From: Phoronis australis
Lineage: Eukaryota > Animalia > Phoronida
Length of the DNA: 64,000 nucleotides
Reading direction: 5' to 3'
Assembly: GCA_002633005.1 (NCBI GenBank)
Contig: NMRA01000429.1
Location: 331,322 to 395,321, forward strand
In this document: positions 1 through 12,600 of the stretch, piece after piece
Layout of the letters: every line of letters starts with the position of its first letter
How positions within the stretch are numbered: the stretch's first letter is position 1
Notes under the pieces: model-generated
What the model was told of the DNA's origin: nothing
The model's input: only the letters and a program-made list of their open reading frames with translations
Databases searched by the model: none
Made by a program: the position numbers and the translations under genes

Positions 1-1249
1 TATCTAATTATGCATATAAGCAAGAAGAATAACGGTTATTCTAACAACATGTGCACTCCATGGCCACTCTCTCAAGATCAGAACAGAGGAGAAAAATCTT
101 TTGTAACTCGCACATCTGCTACACACAGAACAACGAGATTACATGACTGTATTTGCTTCTGTCCTCTGATTTTTATCCCCCACAAGAAGAGCATACGCTT
201 TCCTGCAGTCAACTTCTTGAACGTCTACTCGCTTTGTTGTCAGGGTTCATGGCTTTACAGCGTTCGATTGGTCAGATCCTGAATAGCGACATCTGACGTC
301 CGGGCGGCATTAAAGTGACATTTCGCGGCCAGGTTGGTCAATGTTACCGAATAATAGGAAGGTATCTTACCGCATTTAGCCAACCGGAGTACAATACCTG
401 CCCTCCAGTATAAAGATATACATGTATAGTAACGCAAACTGTCAATATATATTAATTACTTGCTCAAATTCAAAAACAAAAATATTTATATACGGGCAAT
501 TATTTTTTAAGTAATTCTGAAATCACTTTCTGCATCGTAAAAACTTTTGATTTAGACCACTTGCTGTTGTGAAAATTGGTCTCGAATTATTCTTTAATCA
601 AATTAGAGTTACGTACACATGTAGGGACTTATAAGTTAACAATTAATAAGCCTGTAGCTAACCAAATACCCAGAAAACTCAGAAAAATGTACAATTTCTC
701 AACGCAAAAGTCGGCAGAATTTGACTATTAACTTTATCCCAGTCTGCCATTAACTGGTTCACCTGACTATGTCTTCTTAGTAAAATTTAGCACGCAAGAA
801 AGGTACTTTCATAAAAACGCAAGTGTGTAACCAAATTTCATCTGATATACAGGAAATTGTTTTACAGTAGATGAAATCTCAATACATGTTACATTTTTCT
901 AAGCTCTCATTTTTTTCGCTAGTGTTTCAATAAAAATCATCAAGATTCTATTCTGATAGCCCTCATTCAACTGTTGTACATTTTAAATGGAGAATAGTGC
1001 ATTAAGTATAGCATCTGAAAGCTTAATATGAGTCCTATCTGTCTGGTATTATCTTCTGACGTTAGCTAAATTGAGACATTTTTCTAGGGTCTTACAAGCT
1101 TAAAGATGATATTTGAAGAAAGGTTTGAGGCGGAGCACATTCTCTGTTTATAACGTACTGTAAGTGTGGTCCAACTCCAGAAATTTCGTAACTGTAAGCG
1201 GTCATGGTCAAAAGATACTTTTTGACGGTGCCCGGGTTCATAGCCTCGT

Positions 1250-2230
1250 TTAATAGCACCTTACTTTCCCCCTTAAATTTTTAAGCACTATTACGAATTC
1301 ATCACGAACTGTCTTGTTAATCACTCCATATAGAATAGGATTCAAAAAATTACACGTGTTGTACAAAGGCAGCGAAATCAATTCAACTTCCCGCATGATC
1401 CTAGAATATTCCTTGTTCATCGAATCTGTGAACATTTTCGCTTGTCGTGAACCTACATAAGGGAATAACGACAAGATGTAACCAAATGTAATGGCAAATA
1501 ACACCAACGACGCCTTTATCTGCGACCTTAGCTGCCTCTGCTTCTCTTTTGCCTCTGCGTCTCTGGGTAATGACGCTGGACTTTTCGCGAGTTTCCTGGA
1601 TGCCATGTAAATCCTTACATAGCAAAAACATAAAACAAGCGAAGATGGGAAGAAAATGGCTCCCATTAAACCGATGACCGTCAGAGTTCCAAAATCACGA
1701 CGACCCCAGTCAAGTTGACAAGCAATTAGATAAGAATCAAATTCGTACTTCCCGAGACCAAACAAAGGCGGACTCGTGATTATCACAGGTAGCACCCAAG
1801 ATGCAAATATCATACACTTCGTCAGGCGATTAGTTATTTTTAAATGGTAATGCATTGGCTTTACGCATGCGTAGAAACGCTCTATGCTAATGCACAAGAG
1901 TGTCGTCATCGATTGAACTCCTAAACAATTCTGAAGAAATCCGATAACACTACAAAGATTTTCATTGTTCTGAAGCAACTCCAACCCGTATACAGTTATC
2001 CACAGTGTGATGGGAAAAGATATATCTCCAACAGCCAAACTCGAAACAAGATAATAACCAGGAGCATGTAGCGGATAACGAGAGTAAATTGTATAAAGTA
2101 ACATGATATTCGATAGAACTGTTATAAGTGGTATGACAGTGTAGTAGACTTCAAACCCCAAACGGTTATCTTCATTGATAAGCGAATCGGTTTTGTTAAG
2201 TGATATATTAATGAACACTGTAGAATCCAT
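1250..2230 (-). CDS. Intronless rhodopsin-family (class A) GPCR, GPR161/GPR101-like orphan, about 326 aa from MDSTVF (ORF open up to 2344)
   Basis: Seven hydrophobic segments. TM1 SN, TM2 SLAVGD, TM3 Cys and ERF (E/DRY variant), TM4 W and PPLFG, EL2 YEFDSYLIACQLDW, TM5 FFP..CY, TM6 LFPY, TM7 NPILY plus helix 8. N-glycosylation sequons NIS and NKT follow Met39 (ATG at 2230). Confidence 0.9.
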   Translation of the reverse strand: MDSTVFINISLNKTDSLINEDNRLGFEVYYTVIPLITVLSNIMLLYTIYSRYPLHAPGYYLVSSLAVGDISFPITLWITVYGLELLQNNENLCSVIGFLQNCLGVQSMTTLLCISIERFYACVKPMHYHLKITNRLTKCMIFASWVLPVIITSPPLFGLGKYEFDSYLIACQLDWGRRDFGTLTVIGLMGAIFFPSSLVLCFCYVRIYMASRKLAKSPASLPRDAEAKEKQRQLRSQIKASLVLFAITFGYILSLFPYVGSRQAKMFTDSMNKEYSRIMREVELISLPLYNTCNFLNPILYGVINKTVRDEFVIVLKNLRGKVRCY

Positions 2231-2930
2231 AATATATTCGTTCTCCAGCAAGGTATTCTGAAAAATATTATATGTTACAATTAAAATAACAACATCAGAA
2301 AAGAAGCACCTGACGCAGCAATCAAAACCAATAACCAACTGCATAAAAATCGTATCATCGTTATTAATTTCAATTACGAAATATCCATTTAAAAGTCAAC
2401 AGTGAACCAAATGTGAAATCGGAAATCACCTAGTGACAATATACCTCTACATTTTCTCGCTTACTGCAAAACATAGTATACAGTGGCCGTCTACCATAGA
2501 TGCGTAATGTTACGGCCGTCTTAATAATGTGATAACAACTGTTATATAATCTGGGTTTACGATCTAGTTATATCAACTATTATACAATTTGGGCTCATAA
2601 ACTAGTTATAAACCAGTGTCACAGACTATAAATGGAAATGTTGATCAGTACCATGGTAACGCAGTTTCTAATTTTGTTGAAGATTGTTTTCTTGAAACAG
2701 CTTCATCGAATTTCGATCCTGGTTTCTCTCACTTCGGACGCCACGATGATTTTTGTCACCGCTTCACCAGCACGTCAGAAAACTCGAAAGTCATCGTCGG
2801 TTTTATGCCGAAAAACACATATTGAGAATTACTGATAAAAATGCTGTGGTATGCGTTGTACAAGTACCAGACCGCTCAGATGGGTCTATTGCACTAATCG
2901 TTTGAAACCCATTTTATGTTTTACTAATAT

Positions 2931-2937
<7 letters not shown>

Positions 2938-2962
<25 letters not shown>
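2938..2962. repeat. (TA)n microsatellite, probably the tail of the adjacent SINE
   Basis: Read directly from the sequence. Confidence 0.9.
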
Positions 2963-3075
2963 AAAACCGAGCTAGGGACCTGACGCATGAGTTCAGCAGT
3001 GTGCCCCAGTGGGAGTCGAACTCATGACCTTAAGTAAAGAACAAGGATACCTGTCCCACGAGGCCACATTGCGTC
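2963..3075 (-). mobile_element. tRNA-derived SINE
   Basis: Minus strand has an A-box-like TGGCCTCGTGG and a B-box GAGTTCGACTC, then cacactgct...ctagctcggtttta and a TA tail. Same family as 7273-7397. Confidence 0.6.
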
Positions 3076-3271
3076 CTCTCGAGGATTATTAGTGGATGGG
3101 ATAGACTTCTTGCAGTTATTAGCTTTGACCAGAGCTATAAACCAACAAAGTTGTTTAGTTTTCAAACTTTATTAGAAATCGCCAAATTTCGCTGTTTTAT
3201 GCCGGAAATCAGGGCCGGCGTCTTTTATCATTGGTAAACGCTTAAAATACACCGCTATTTAAAACACTTAA

Positions 3272-4759
3272 GGGAGAATGCCGCCCGATCTAAGTCTTTT
3301 TTACCGTCTTAATCGGTCTATATCCACATCGTCTCGCATACGATCGACCTTACCTTGCCGAGAGGTGTCGCGTTAACCTGTAGGGAAGGTGAGAAACGAC
3401 GCCGCGACGTCAGTGGTTCATCAGCAGAATGAATGCCGCTATGTTGCGGTGCATCGTTCGCACTTGCCAGAACTATGGAGCTGTAAGGAAAGCTGGTACA
3501 TGTATATCGTTTTTTCGACTTCCTCGAGAACCCGAATTGCTTAATAGCAGGTATGAGGCCGTGAAACATCTCCTTGTCTGTGGCCGACATTTCATCGACA
3601 GTGATTTCTCTGACGAATGCCGGCTTACCAAAGAACTATCTACACGTTCCGTTGCCTTTGCATGTTCATCGCGCCTCTTTAATATTTCTTGATCAGTGTA
3701 TTCCGGTTCGAACTTATAGCCTGTGAAATTTAACGATCCACCTGTAAAGTCTTCGTCGGATGAGCTCTCGTCTAAGTCGGGATTGCGAGTTGCCATGTTG
3801 ACGTTCATTATTCTGCGTTGAAATAAATTATTCTCATCCTAACCAATGCCAAGAAACTGAAATAACGACTGTCTCATTAGATAAAATTTGGAATGCCTTT
3901 GAAGTATTTGTGAGTGCAAATGTTTTAAGAAGCCAACAATGAATAAACCACTGCGTTACCGGACTTAGATGGAATAAAGATAATTTGACCGGGCACCGAG
4001 ACCGTGTGAGCACATGCTACTAAATTCAATGTTTGCTGACAGAAAGCTGTTTTGTGAAATAATAACTCGATCTTATATGCTATGGAAATCTTTATTTAGA
4101 TATAAAAATACATTATTCAAATCATTGTTACTGTACAACCTTTGCCCTGACGGTCTGTGGAAGCGGAACCCGACTTCGCGGCCCCCGACAAGTACGTAGA
4201 TTTTCAGTTTCGTGGTCAATTCACCAAAATAATTACGTGCACATTATTTCTTTGGCTCACTACTACAGTCTTTTCGTGACTAGAGGTTTAGTTTCCAACT
4301 TAAGCTGGTTTATGTTCGTGATGTCCAACCCCGCCGGCGGCCGCGACGGGCCTGATCGGGTTCCGAGCCACTGGCTGGAATAACAAGTATTTTGTGTGTT
4401 TAGAACTGAAAAAATATCGCAATTCTAAAATTACAACACACAGTCATGATCTCCTGTCTGTATTTCACGGAAGAATGATTCGAATCTCTCACCAAACAGA
4501 CCCAAACTCCTGCGATCGACCATGGTAAATTAGCCTACCGCACTCTATAGGACACGTTACGTTCAATACCTATAAATCCGTAACAGTGAAATAAAACACG
4601 TCTGTTCAAGAACTCGATGTATTTGTAAAGGTTTTACATCCAATTTTGATGATTTATTGGTGTAAAATAATGTATTCAAGCGATAGGTTGACACCAGTAA
4701 ACGTGTTGTGAACAGCTGAATAGACTGCGTTCGGAACCGATTACGTCATTGGTTAATTT
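3272..4759 (+). mobile_element. Kolobok-like DNA transposon derivative, copy 1 (right end missing)
   Basis: Starts TTAA|GGGAGAATGCCGCCCGAT. Colinear with 19542-21175. Contains a THAP remnant (plus strand) and an opposing acidic ORF remnant (minus strand). Confidence 0.65.
3429..3692 (+). pseudogene. THAP zinc-finger remnant (transposase N-terminus)
   Basis: CIVRTC...SFFRLP...LVCGRHFIDSDF matches the THAP C2CH signature. The conserved W region appears deleted and no DDE domain follows. Confidence 0.65.
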
Positions 4760-4877
4760 GTTTAGAAAGTAAAATACTAGAGACATTAGTTCAGGTTGGG
4801 AGTTGCCGTGAACAAGGGACACTGGAACTCATTTTTACGAATGCAATGTCAGCAAACAAAGAGACAGTTACATTTTG

Positions 4878-5032
4878 CAGGGGTGGGTCCAGGATTTTGA
4901 GTTAGGGGGACCATGGTGGAGTATTAGCCAGGATTTTGCCTGTCTGACATTCGCATCCTCGAACTGCCAAATGGAATTTGGGAAAATTTTAGGGGGGGCA
5001 TGGCCCCTTAGCCCTATTCTAAGTCCGCCAGT
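4878..5032. mobile_element. Short MITE-like dispersed repeat (family also at 9864-10175 and 30560-30679)
   Basis: Shared blocks ggattttgagttaggg, gaactgccaaatgg/ccatttggcagttc and (g)gcggattta; CAG...CTG-type termini. Confidence 0.5.
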
Positions 5033-5903
5033 GTTTTTAATACCTGTTCCACAATTGTCATTGTTTTAAAATGGAAAAAACAACTGTGTTGAAAAGCGGG
5101 ACATCGTGCGTATATGTTAAAACGCAATTGCGAAACACTTGTCGCAGCACACCAAAACGTTCCGACGGCGTTTTGGCGAACGGCAGACGTAACTCTCAAA
5201 AGCTTCAGTAGGCGTTTTTTGTGAAGTTTTAGTCAAATGGGAAATGTCAACTTCGATTTTGCCCTGCTGAGAATGCTCCGCGCATGCGCGGCCTTTGTTT
5301 GCATTCGTTTTTTCCGGGGTTGGTTATTAGTATGGAATTTGCTGTCAATAACACTTTTCACAACTCCGCCGTTTTTCAACTAAATTGCGTAAGAGTCGTT
5401 TAAGTAAAAACCCCTTCTTAAGTTTTTGGTTGTGTCTGATTATGACATAGGCAAAAAGATGAATAATTTAATTCATAAATAATTATAATTTCTAATACCT
5501 CACATGTTTGAAAATATTTGATAATTCTAAAAAACGAGAGTGTCGCGAAAAGGCGAAAAATGATAGGATGTAATAGTAACATCAAGAGGAAATGAATTCG
5601 GGGTTACAAAAATGACTAATTACAACAGCAAGCAAATAAAATCAATGATTCAAAAGATTTCTACCATATCGAGACAGACATTTTCAAATATGGAAAGTCA
5701 CATTTCCTGTAAAGAATTTAGCCAGGAATTCTTCCAGCATTATACAACTTTTTATATTAATTGGACCTTTGGTGCAGTTTAATACGCTTCTTCACAAATA
5801 ATCCAGGATGCAGTGACATTTACAAAAATGTTATAAACTAGCTACTCCAACTACTTATTGCTTTCAGCAACACAAAGTATTGAATTGGATTTTTTGTAAA
5901 GTA

Positions 5904-5906
<3 letters not shown>

Positions 5907-5948
<42 letters not shown>

Positions 5949-6631
5949 NNNNNNNNNNNNNNNNNNNNNNNNNNNNNNNNNNNNNNNNNNNNNNNNNNNN
6001 NNNNNNNNNNNNNNNNNNNNNNNNNNNNNNNNNNNNNNNNNNNNNNNNNNNNNNNNNNNNNNNNNNNNNNNNNNNNNNNNNNNNNNNNNNNNNNNNNNNN
6101 NNNNNNNNNNNNNNNNNNNNNNNNNNNNNNNNNNNNNNNNNNNNNNNNNNNNNNNNNNNNNNNNNNNNNNNNNNNNNNNNNNNNNNNNNNNNNNNNNNNN
6201 NNNNNNNNNNNNNNNNNNNNNNNNNNNNNNNNNNNNNNNNNNNNNNNNNNNNNNNNNNNNNNNNNNNNNNNNNNNNNNNNNNNNNNNNNNNNNNNNNNNN
6301 NNNNNNNNNNNNNNNNNNNNNNNNNNNNNNNNNNNNNNNNNNNNNNNNNNNNNNNNNNNNNNNNNNNNNNNNNNNNNNNNNNNNNNNNNNNNNNNNNNNN
6401 NNNNNNNNNNNNNNNNNNNNNNNNNNNNNNNNNNNNNNNNNNNNNNNNNNNNNNNNNNNNNNNNNNNNNNNNNNNNNNNNNNNNNNNNNNNNNNNNNNNN
6501 NNNNNNNNNNNNNNNNNNNNNNNNNNNNNNNNNNNNNNNNNNNNNNNNNNNNNNNNNNNNNNNNNNNNNNNNNNNNNNNNNNNNNNNNNNNNNNNNNNNN
6601 NNNNNNNNNNNNNNNNNNNNNNNNNNNNNNN

Positions 6632-6664
<33 letters not shown>
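5907..6664. repeat. (CA)n, assembly gap, then (TG)n(TA)n microsatellites
   Basis: Read directly; N run from 5949 to 6631. Confidence 0.9.
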
Positions 6665-7272
6665 TGTGCTGCATGTTTTCATGGATGAGGCTGAGCCGTT
6701 CGTCACAATGCAAATGCTACAACATACCCGCAACAAAATCTGATTGGGATGGAAGTATGGTTCACCTTACCGTTAGTTATGAAACATCACTTGGCTGGAT
6801 AACAAGCATCATATGAAAAAAGACTAAAAAATAAAATGAAAAAACTCACATAAGCAAAATAAGTTAGTGCGACCACGTTGAAATTATCAGAGCCGGTGTT
6901 GGCAAACACGTATAAAACGCAGTTGACAATGGAAAGGCTTCCACCATGACAGTAATTACCTCAAGAGATACACACAGACGCACAAACTAAAACTCGTGGC
7001 AATAGAAGAGATATAGGTCCACGACTTGAAGAAGACTCAAGTCAGATGAACAACATATACTGCTGCGGCGACGGGGTTTGGGTAATCAAAAAAATGTAAG
7101 AGACACATAGATCTTGTGAACCAGGGGTAGCAGAAGATCGGTTGGGTGCAGTGTTTTCCAAGATAGGAGTCCTAAAACTGCTGAAAACATGCTGCCGTAG
7201 AGTTATTTAATATAAAACTTGTAGGTGTAAATTTGTGAATAAATGTCGGCACGATGTTTATAGTAACAACTG

Positions 7273-7397
7273 AGGAGACAGTGTGGCCTGGTTGATAAGT
7301 TCCCGCTTTCTTTACCCGACGTCGTGGGTTCGAGTCCCACCAGATCACACTGCTAAGCCCTTGAGCCAGGTTTCTAGCTTCTCAGCTCGGTTTTAAC
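7273..7397 (+). mobile_element. tRNA-derived SINE
   Basis: A-box-like TGGCCTGGTTGA and B-box GGTTCGAGTCC, followed by cacactgct...gctcggtttta. Homologous to 2963-3075. Confidence 0.6.
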
Positions 7398-8477
7398 CAT
7401 ATATTAATAAAGCATAAAAATAATTCCAGGTGATCAGTGCAATGGGCCCACATGCGAGGCCTGCGCACTTTTGGTACAACGTGTATCAGACCGCCTGCAA
7501 TTATTTTTTTATTATAATAACAGCCTGCTAGAATTGTGTATGCACTGTAAGCTATGAAAAGTAATTTATTCAAAAAGGCAGTATAGGTAAATAGGTAACT
7601 GAGACACTCGTACGTTGGGGATATTGTTTCACTGTTTCTGTTGTTAAAAGCATTGGACGACTAGCGAGTGAGGGTATAGCTTTTACAAAAACAGAGGCGT
7701 AAAGTATATACCTATAAATCATTTTGAAGATGCAAATAAGTTTCCTTCAAATCCTGGAAAAATGAACTTGGCTTATTTTTCTTCAAAAATAGCTACTGCC
7801 GACTTGGCTGACAAGATAAAAATATGATTCACTGAGACAAGTAGGAGAATTGCTTCATCAAACAGAGAAGCGTAAAGACAATAGTGGGAATGCTAAATCT
7901 GAGATTTGTAAGAGATCAAGCAGCCCTGCCAGATAAATGCCAAACGTTTTTTTAAAATGCCGTTAGTTGAATTTAAGGGAACTATACAAAACAAAAAAGA
8001 AACCTATTAGCCCTAAGTCATAAATTTTCTCCTACGCTTCACACAACTATTTCTGAAATAAATAAGTATATTTCATTTCAGAAATCTCTGAAAATATACC
8101 CATTAGGTCAAAAATGGATAGTTGTTCCTGGTCTGTGCTCACTTTGAAACCAGCGTTTACTGATTAAAAAAAGAAAAAAGCGCCCTGATACGCCGTAAAA
8201 TGCAACAATTTCTTAAAATGTAACAACTGTTACAACTTACATCATTGTTATATTTTACGTTGCTAGGTATGCTTGCTTACATATTTCATATTATATCACA
8301 ATATCAGCCTCGAATGGCCAATACAACCGTGTAATAACCCATTTAGTTATCTCACTTAGTCTAGTGAGATAACAGTTTGGTGGGAACCGAGGCCGGTAGC
8401 AAGAAAGTCCAGACGAGTCGAGAAAAGTAGATCAATTCATTGCAATAGTTCTCGTTCAGTATGTCGTATAAATACAT

Positions 8478-8632
8478 GATTATTACATGGTGAAGTCGTT
8501 ATCCCCCTTATCTAGAGCCCTCGAGGATTTTGGAGAGTTCTCACCCTCGGGGCTAACGCCTCTCGGGCGATAATTCTCCAAATCCACTCGGGCTCTAGAT
8601 AACGGGAGATAAAGACTTTGCCATGTAATAAA
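8478..8632. mobile_element. Palindromic MITE (partial copy at about 9245-9306)
   Basis: Nested inverted repeats ttattacatggtgaagtc/gactttgccatgtaataa and tatctagagccc/gggctctagata. Confidence 0.65.
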
Positions 8633-9863
8633 TATAGATTATCAATCTATACTAACACCACAATATCAGCCTCCGAATGGCCAATACAACCGTACAATAA
8701 CTCATTTAGTCATCTCACTAGGGAGATCAACATTTTTGGCGAGGCCTGTTTCGAACCTGGTCCGCATGAGTTTTGAGTCGTCGACTTTACCACAGCACAA
8801 CTTAGCGGCTGACGTCATCGAACGTGAAAATTGAGCACGCAAAACAATCGCATGTTCAACAAACGGCATTGTACCGACATTTACACGTTATGAAAAATAA
8901 GAACCATAATTTCCATTAAAAAGGATATTTTAATTCAGTGAAATTTATCTCTCATTTTCTCTCACTTGTAAATCACCAATCTCCAATTTTGAATGCAGGT
9001 ATTCTGTCGTCGGGATTCTTCAATTTAAGCATTATACTCAGTTACCATTGGTAACCTACTTTAGCAGAAGATATTTTCTCGGTCGAAGCTTACCGTGATT
9101 AAATGTGTAGTAAGCTATAATAGTTGCTAAACCTTAATTGATAGATTCATTTTTTTCCATTTTGTTTAAATTTTCAATTGGATTTGAGTAAAAGAATTAT
9201 TTGACAACACTAGCTCGGCTTTTCTAAAAGGTCACGACCTCCGATGCCCCTCGGGTGATAATTCTCCAAAATCCACTCGGGGGATAACGACTGAGGATAT
9301 GTAATAATCTACATATCTTATTACGTCGCTGAGTGACTTTCCTTGAAGATTTTTAAAACTGTCGTCACGTGGTGGAACAGAGAGTTCGACGATTATTGAC
9401 CTCGCAGACTTTGCGAAAATAAAAGCAAAAGAAAAGCACATTCACGTAAGAAAATAGAAGACTTTTATGAAAAAGCTCCAAACAACTGTTGAAGTTTTGT
9501 CTGAGATAAAATCAGTGTAATTCTCAGTTGAACATTGGAAATTTCATGCTTCATTGTCGCTGACTGTCTCTTTATTACAATTATTCAGTGTAAGGTATGG
9601 GACTGTCGTTACAGACGTTTAATATATTTTACCCCTTTTGAAAAATAACCTAGCGTGGGCGGCTCATTTATTTAAGTGCTACACAGCCCTGGTCTTGATG
9701 TAATAAATTCGAATTTTGAATTTTGTTGCAGGGACAAACACAGGCCTCGTGCATACAGAGCACGTGGCAGCTCGCGCGCCAACTTTCCCCGGCTAGCTCT
9801 AGTAGCGCTCTGATACGCCAAACTGAAAAATGGTTGGTGATTCCTGTCCATCGTCGGCATTCC

Positions 9864-10175
9864 CAGTGGCGGATTTAGGGGAGGCCAAGGGTCCATGCCC
9901 CCCCCCTAAAATTCTCCCAGATACCATTTGGCAGTTCGGGGTGCGAATTGTTGAGTAGCATATGCGTGCATCCAGGGTGGCTCGAGGGGCGAATGCACAA
10001 TGCATAGGCCTTGAACAAACCACGTTTACCGTTTTTTTTTTTAGTAAAAAGGTTCGCAAACTCAGAATTGGAGACCGCTACATCCCTATATTTTAGGCTG
10101 GGCGCGCTCATGTGCCGAAATTGTGGTTATTCCTGTGCCCTGCCCCCCTCACTCAAAATCTTGGATCCGCTCCTG
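9864..10175. mobile_element. MITE with CAGTGGCGGAT...ATCCGCTCCTG termini
   Basis: Imperfect terminal inverted repeats. Internal blocks shared with 4878-5032 and 30560-30679. Confidence 0.55.
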
Positions 10176-10269
10176 ATTCTGTCTTGCTATCGGACGAAAG
10201 ATTCATCGGTCTGTGCTTCGGAGGTCTGTATGCCGTTTCTCACAGAAAAAGGGCGTTATTCCTGGCGTG

Positions 10270-10408
10270 CGTTCAGTAACACTGGGATCTACGCTAGGAC
10301 CAAGCTAAAATCTAGCCAAAGTCACGTGTTCTCAATAAAAATACACGGCAATATCTCACGTAATCTCCCGGAGTCATGCTTTTCTGGGATGTCCTAGTGT
10401 TACTGAAC
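10270..10408. mobile_element. About 130-bp MITE (copies at 49138-49263 and partial 27045-27147)
   Basis: TIR gttcagtaacact.../...gtcctagtgttactgaac; shared core gcaatatctc...taatctc in all three copies. Confidence 0.65.
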
Positions 10409-12204
10409 GGGAGGTTGGTTCGATTATATACGCTTGAGACGTGTGGCTGTCTGCTGCTAGTTGTGCCGGTTTGTACAGCTGTACTGACTCTGCGAAGCCG
10501 AAGGTGAGTCGATAACCTGACGCAGCCGAACCTGGCTTTGGGTCGAGGGGGTCGTGGGTCGAGAGTGTCGAGGGGGGGGCTTAGAACAATCCCGGTAACG
10601 GTCATTTGTAATAAAACATCCAAAAATTTCAATTTATTACAGAAGACATTTCTCAGATTAGTCGACAAAACGTTTCACAGTCGTACCAACAGAACATAAG
10701 CAACGTCTAGTATAGGCAGTGCAACAGTTGTGGTCTTGAAAACAGACTGTTTGAAATAGCTCAATAACGGTGTATTTGTGTAACATTCGGGATACTCAAA
10801 GTCAAGAAAAGCAGTCTACGCCGGCGAAAAAGACGAGGTGTAAAAAACATAAATCAATTTCATCACAATTGGCTTTTCAGTAGCCCATGTAAATTTCACA
10901 GTTTTACCAGAGGTGTCTTTGTTTAGGCAGCTGTAATTAGGAAAGCTAATGGGATGACCCCCAGTTTGTTTTGAAGCTTGCAGTAAGCAGACTAAAATAT
11001 ATAATCTGAACATTAAAGGAAACTAGACGATAAATTGTAAGTGTATCATTTAAAAATTTTCAGAACTGTGTCAAACCCCATAAGCTATAAAAATGGCAAA
11101 ATTCAAATGTTCATATATTGAAACTGTGATAGAGAAAAGTGCAAGATTGGCTATTTTCAGTATGTTCAGAAAAGTAACAAACAGTCATTTTTATGGTCTC
11201 TTTAGTGGGAAGACGCTGCAACCGTCTTGCTCAACGTGGAAAGTAGGGACGCTCGTCCCCTTGCCCCCACTTACTACGCCTATAAGTAGCCTAGATGTAT
11301 CAACTCAAAGCAGTCGAGTAAAGATTTCGAAAAGAGCGTCACCCTGACATAGGGTCATTGGAAGCTCTTTTGAAATTTTGCGGAAAGGTGGCCACGGGCG
11401 TCTCTTTTATCGATACAAATACTACACATTTTGAAATTCGTCATTCTTTTAAGTAAAATTTTAATAAGTTGCACAATAAATAAGATATTGCATAATAATA
11501 TCTTTTACCTCTCGTAGTCCTTAAAATTTCCATTTTACATGGTATCTTATTTTAGTCCGGTGAAGGAGGGGGCTCAGGGAGACGATAAATTTTGCATGTA
11601 TTATATGCCTTGGTGTGTGTGTGATCATGGTGTGGCTGTGATAGAGAAATCATCAATTTTTGTACTTTTTAAGGTTTTTACCTATAGGCCTTCATGGGTT
11701 CACGAAGAAAATGACACCTGTTGGCATATCGGAAACAACCATTTTTCTATATGAAAAACATGCAGATTGCATGCAATGAGAGGAAACACACAATGGGAGT
11801 AGGAAGTCATGCAGAAGGACTATCACCGAAAATTGATGCATATAATTTCACTGTGTCCATCAAATACACGAGAGAAAATCTGGAGGCATTTTTGTAGGGT
11901 TGAAAGTGGATGGATCTTGGATGCGTGAACAAATTTAACAACTCTCTCGAATCAGCTTTTTCATTTTGTTGTTGTTGTTGTTTAAAACTGTTCCAATATT
12001 CTATATTCTGCGCTAAAATGAAAATGTCTTGTAAAAATAGTAGGCAGCGTTCTGCATTGTGCACCTGAACCTGCTATCCCGGTATCCTATGGATACTGCA
12101 GGATGAGTATACGCAACTGGGTACTCTACCCAGTCAGCAGCCCAGTGGGAATCACTTGATTCTTGCAGAGAGACCAAGGAGAGTTTTCCCAACGGGATCA
12201 ACCC

Positions 12205-12600
12205 AAAAGGTTAAAAACCCTTGGGAGTCTTGATAGATTGGGCATAAAACACGTCATTCAAATTTTGACGGGCAACTGTAACGTAGCCCGACACAGACAC
12301 ATAACTGGGCATATGGGGAGCCCAGTGTGTCCCGACTGTGGTACTGTCGTTAAAACCCTGAACACCTGGTAGAGTCTTGCTCAGCTTTTTATGGACTAAG
12401 GAGCAACCTACTGGATGGCACTGTTACATGCCTAGAACATATAGTGCATCGCAACAAATGGAAACGTCTGTCCATTTTCTTAAAGGAGACAGGCAGACTT
12501 GAAAACTTCCTTTACGAAGAGCCATAACGAGGCTCTCGTGCTTCTTGATCAGGTGTTTGGTGCCGCAATGACATCAGGCCACCTGCACTTTTTCTACACT
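12205..12600 (+). mobile_element. Non-LTR retrotransposon 3' fragment (C-terminal zinc finger)
   Basis: ILTGNCNVARHRH...CPDCG, then frameshifted H....C. A closely similar copy lies inverted at 45340-45780. Confidence 0.7.

Noticed and set aside
10-437. Short ORFs at the window start (also 2616-2835)
   Set aside because: No motifs and no coherent splice pattern.
1250-2344. Opsin call, and a start codon at 2344
   Set aside because: There is no lysine at the K296-equivalent position. Met39 gives a normal glycosylated N-terminus, so the 38-aa extension is probably UTR.
5838-6743. Three ORFs of about 290 aa
   Set aside because: Artefacts of the N gap and dinucleotide repeats.
2963-7397. Functional tRNA genes at about 3000 and 7300
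   Set aside because: A and B boxes are present but the cloverleaf stems are poor, and both share a non-tRNA 3' body, which indicates SINEs.
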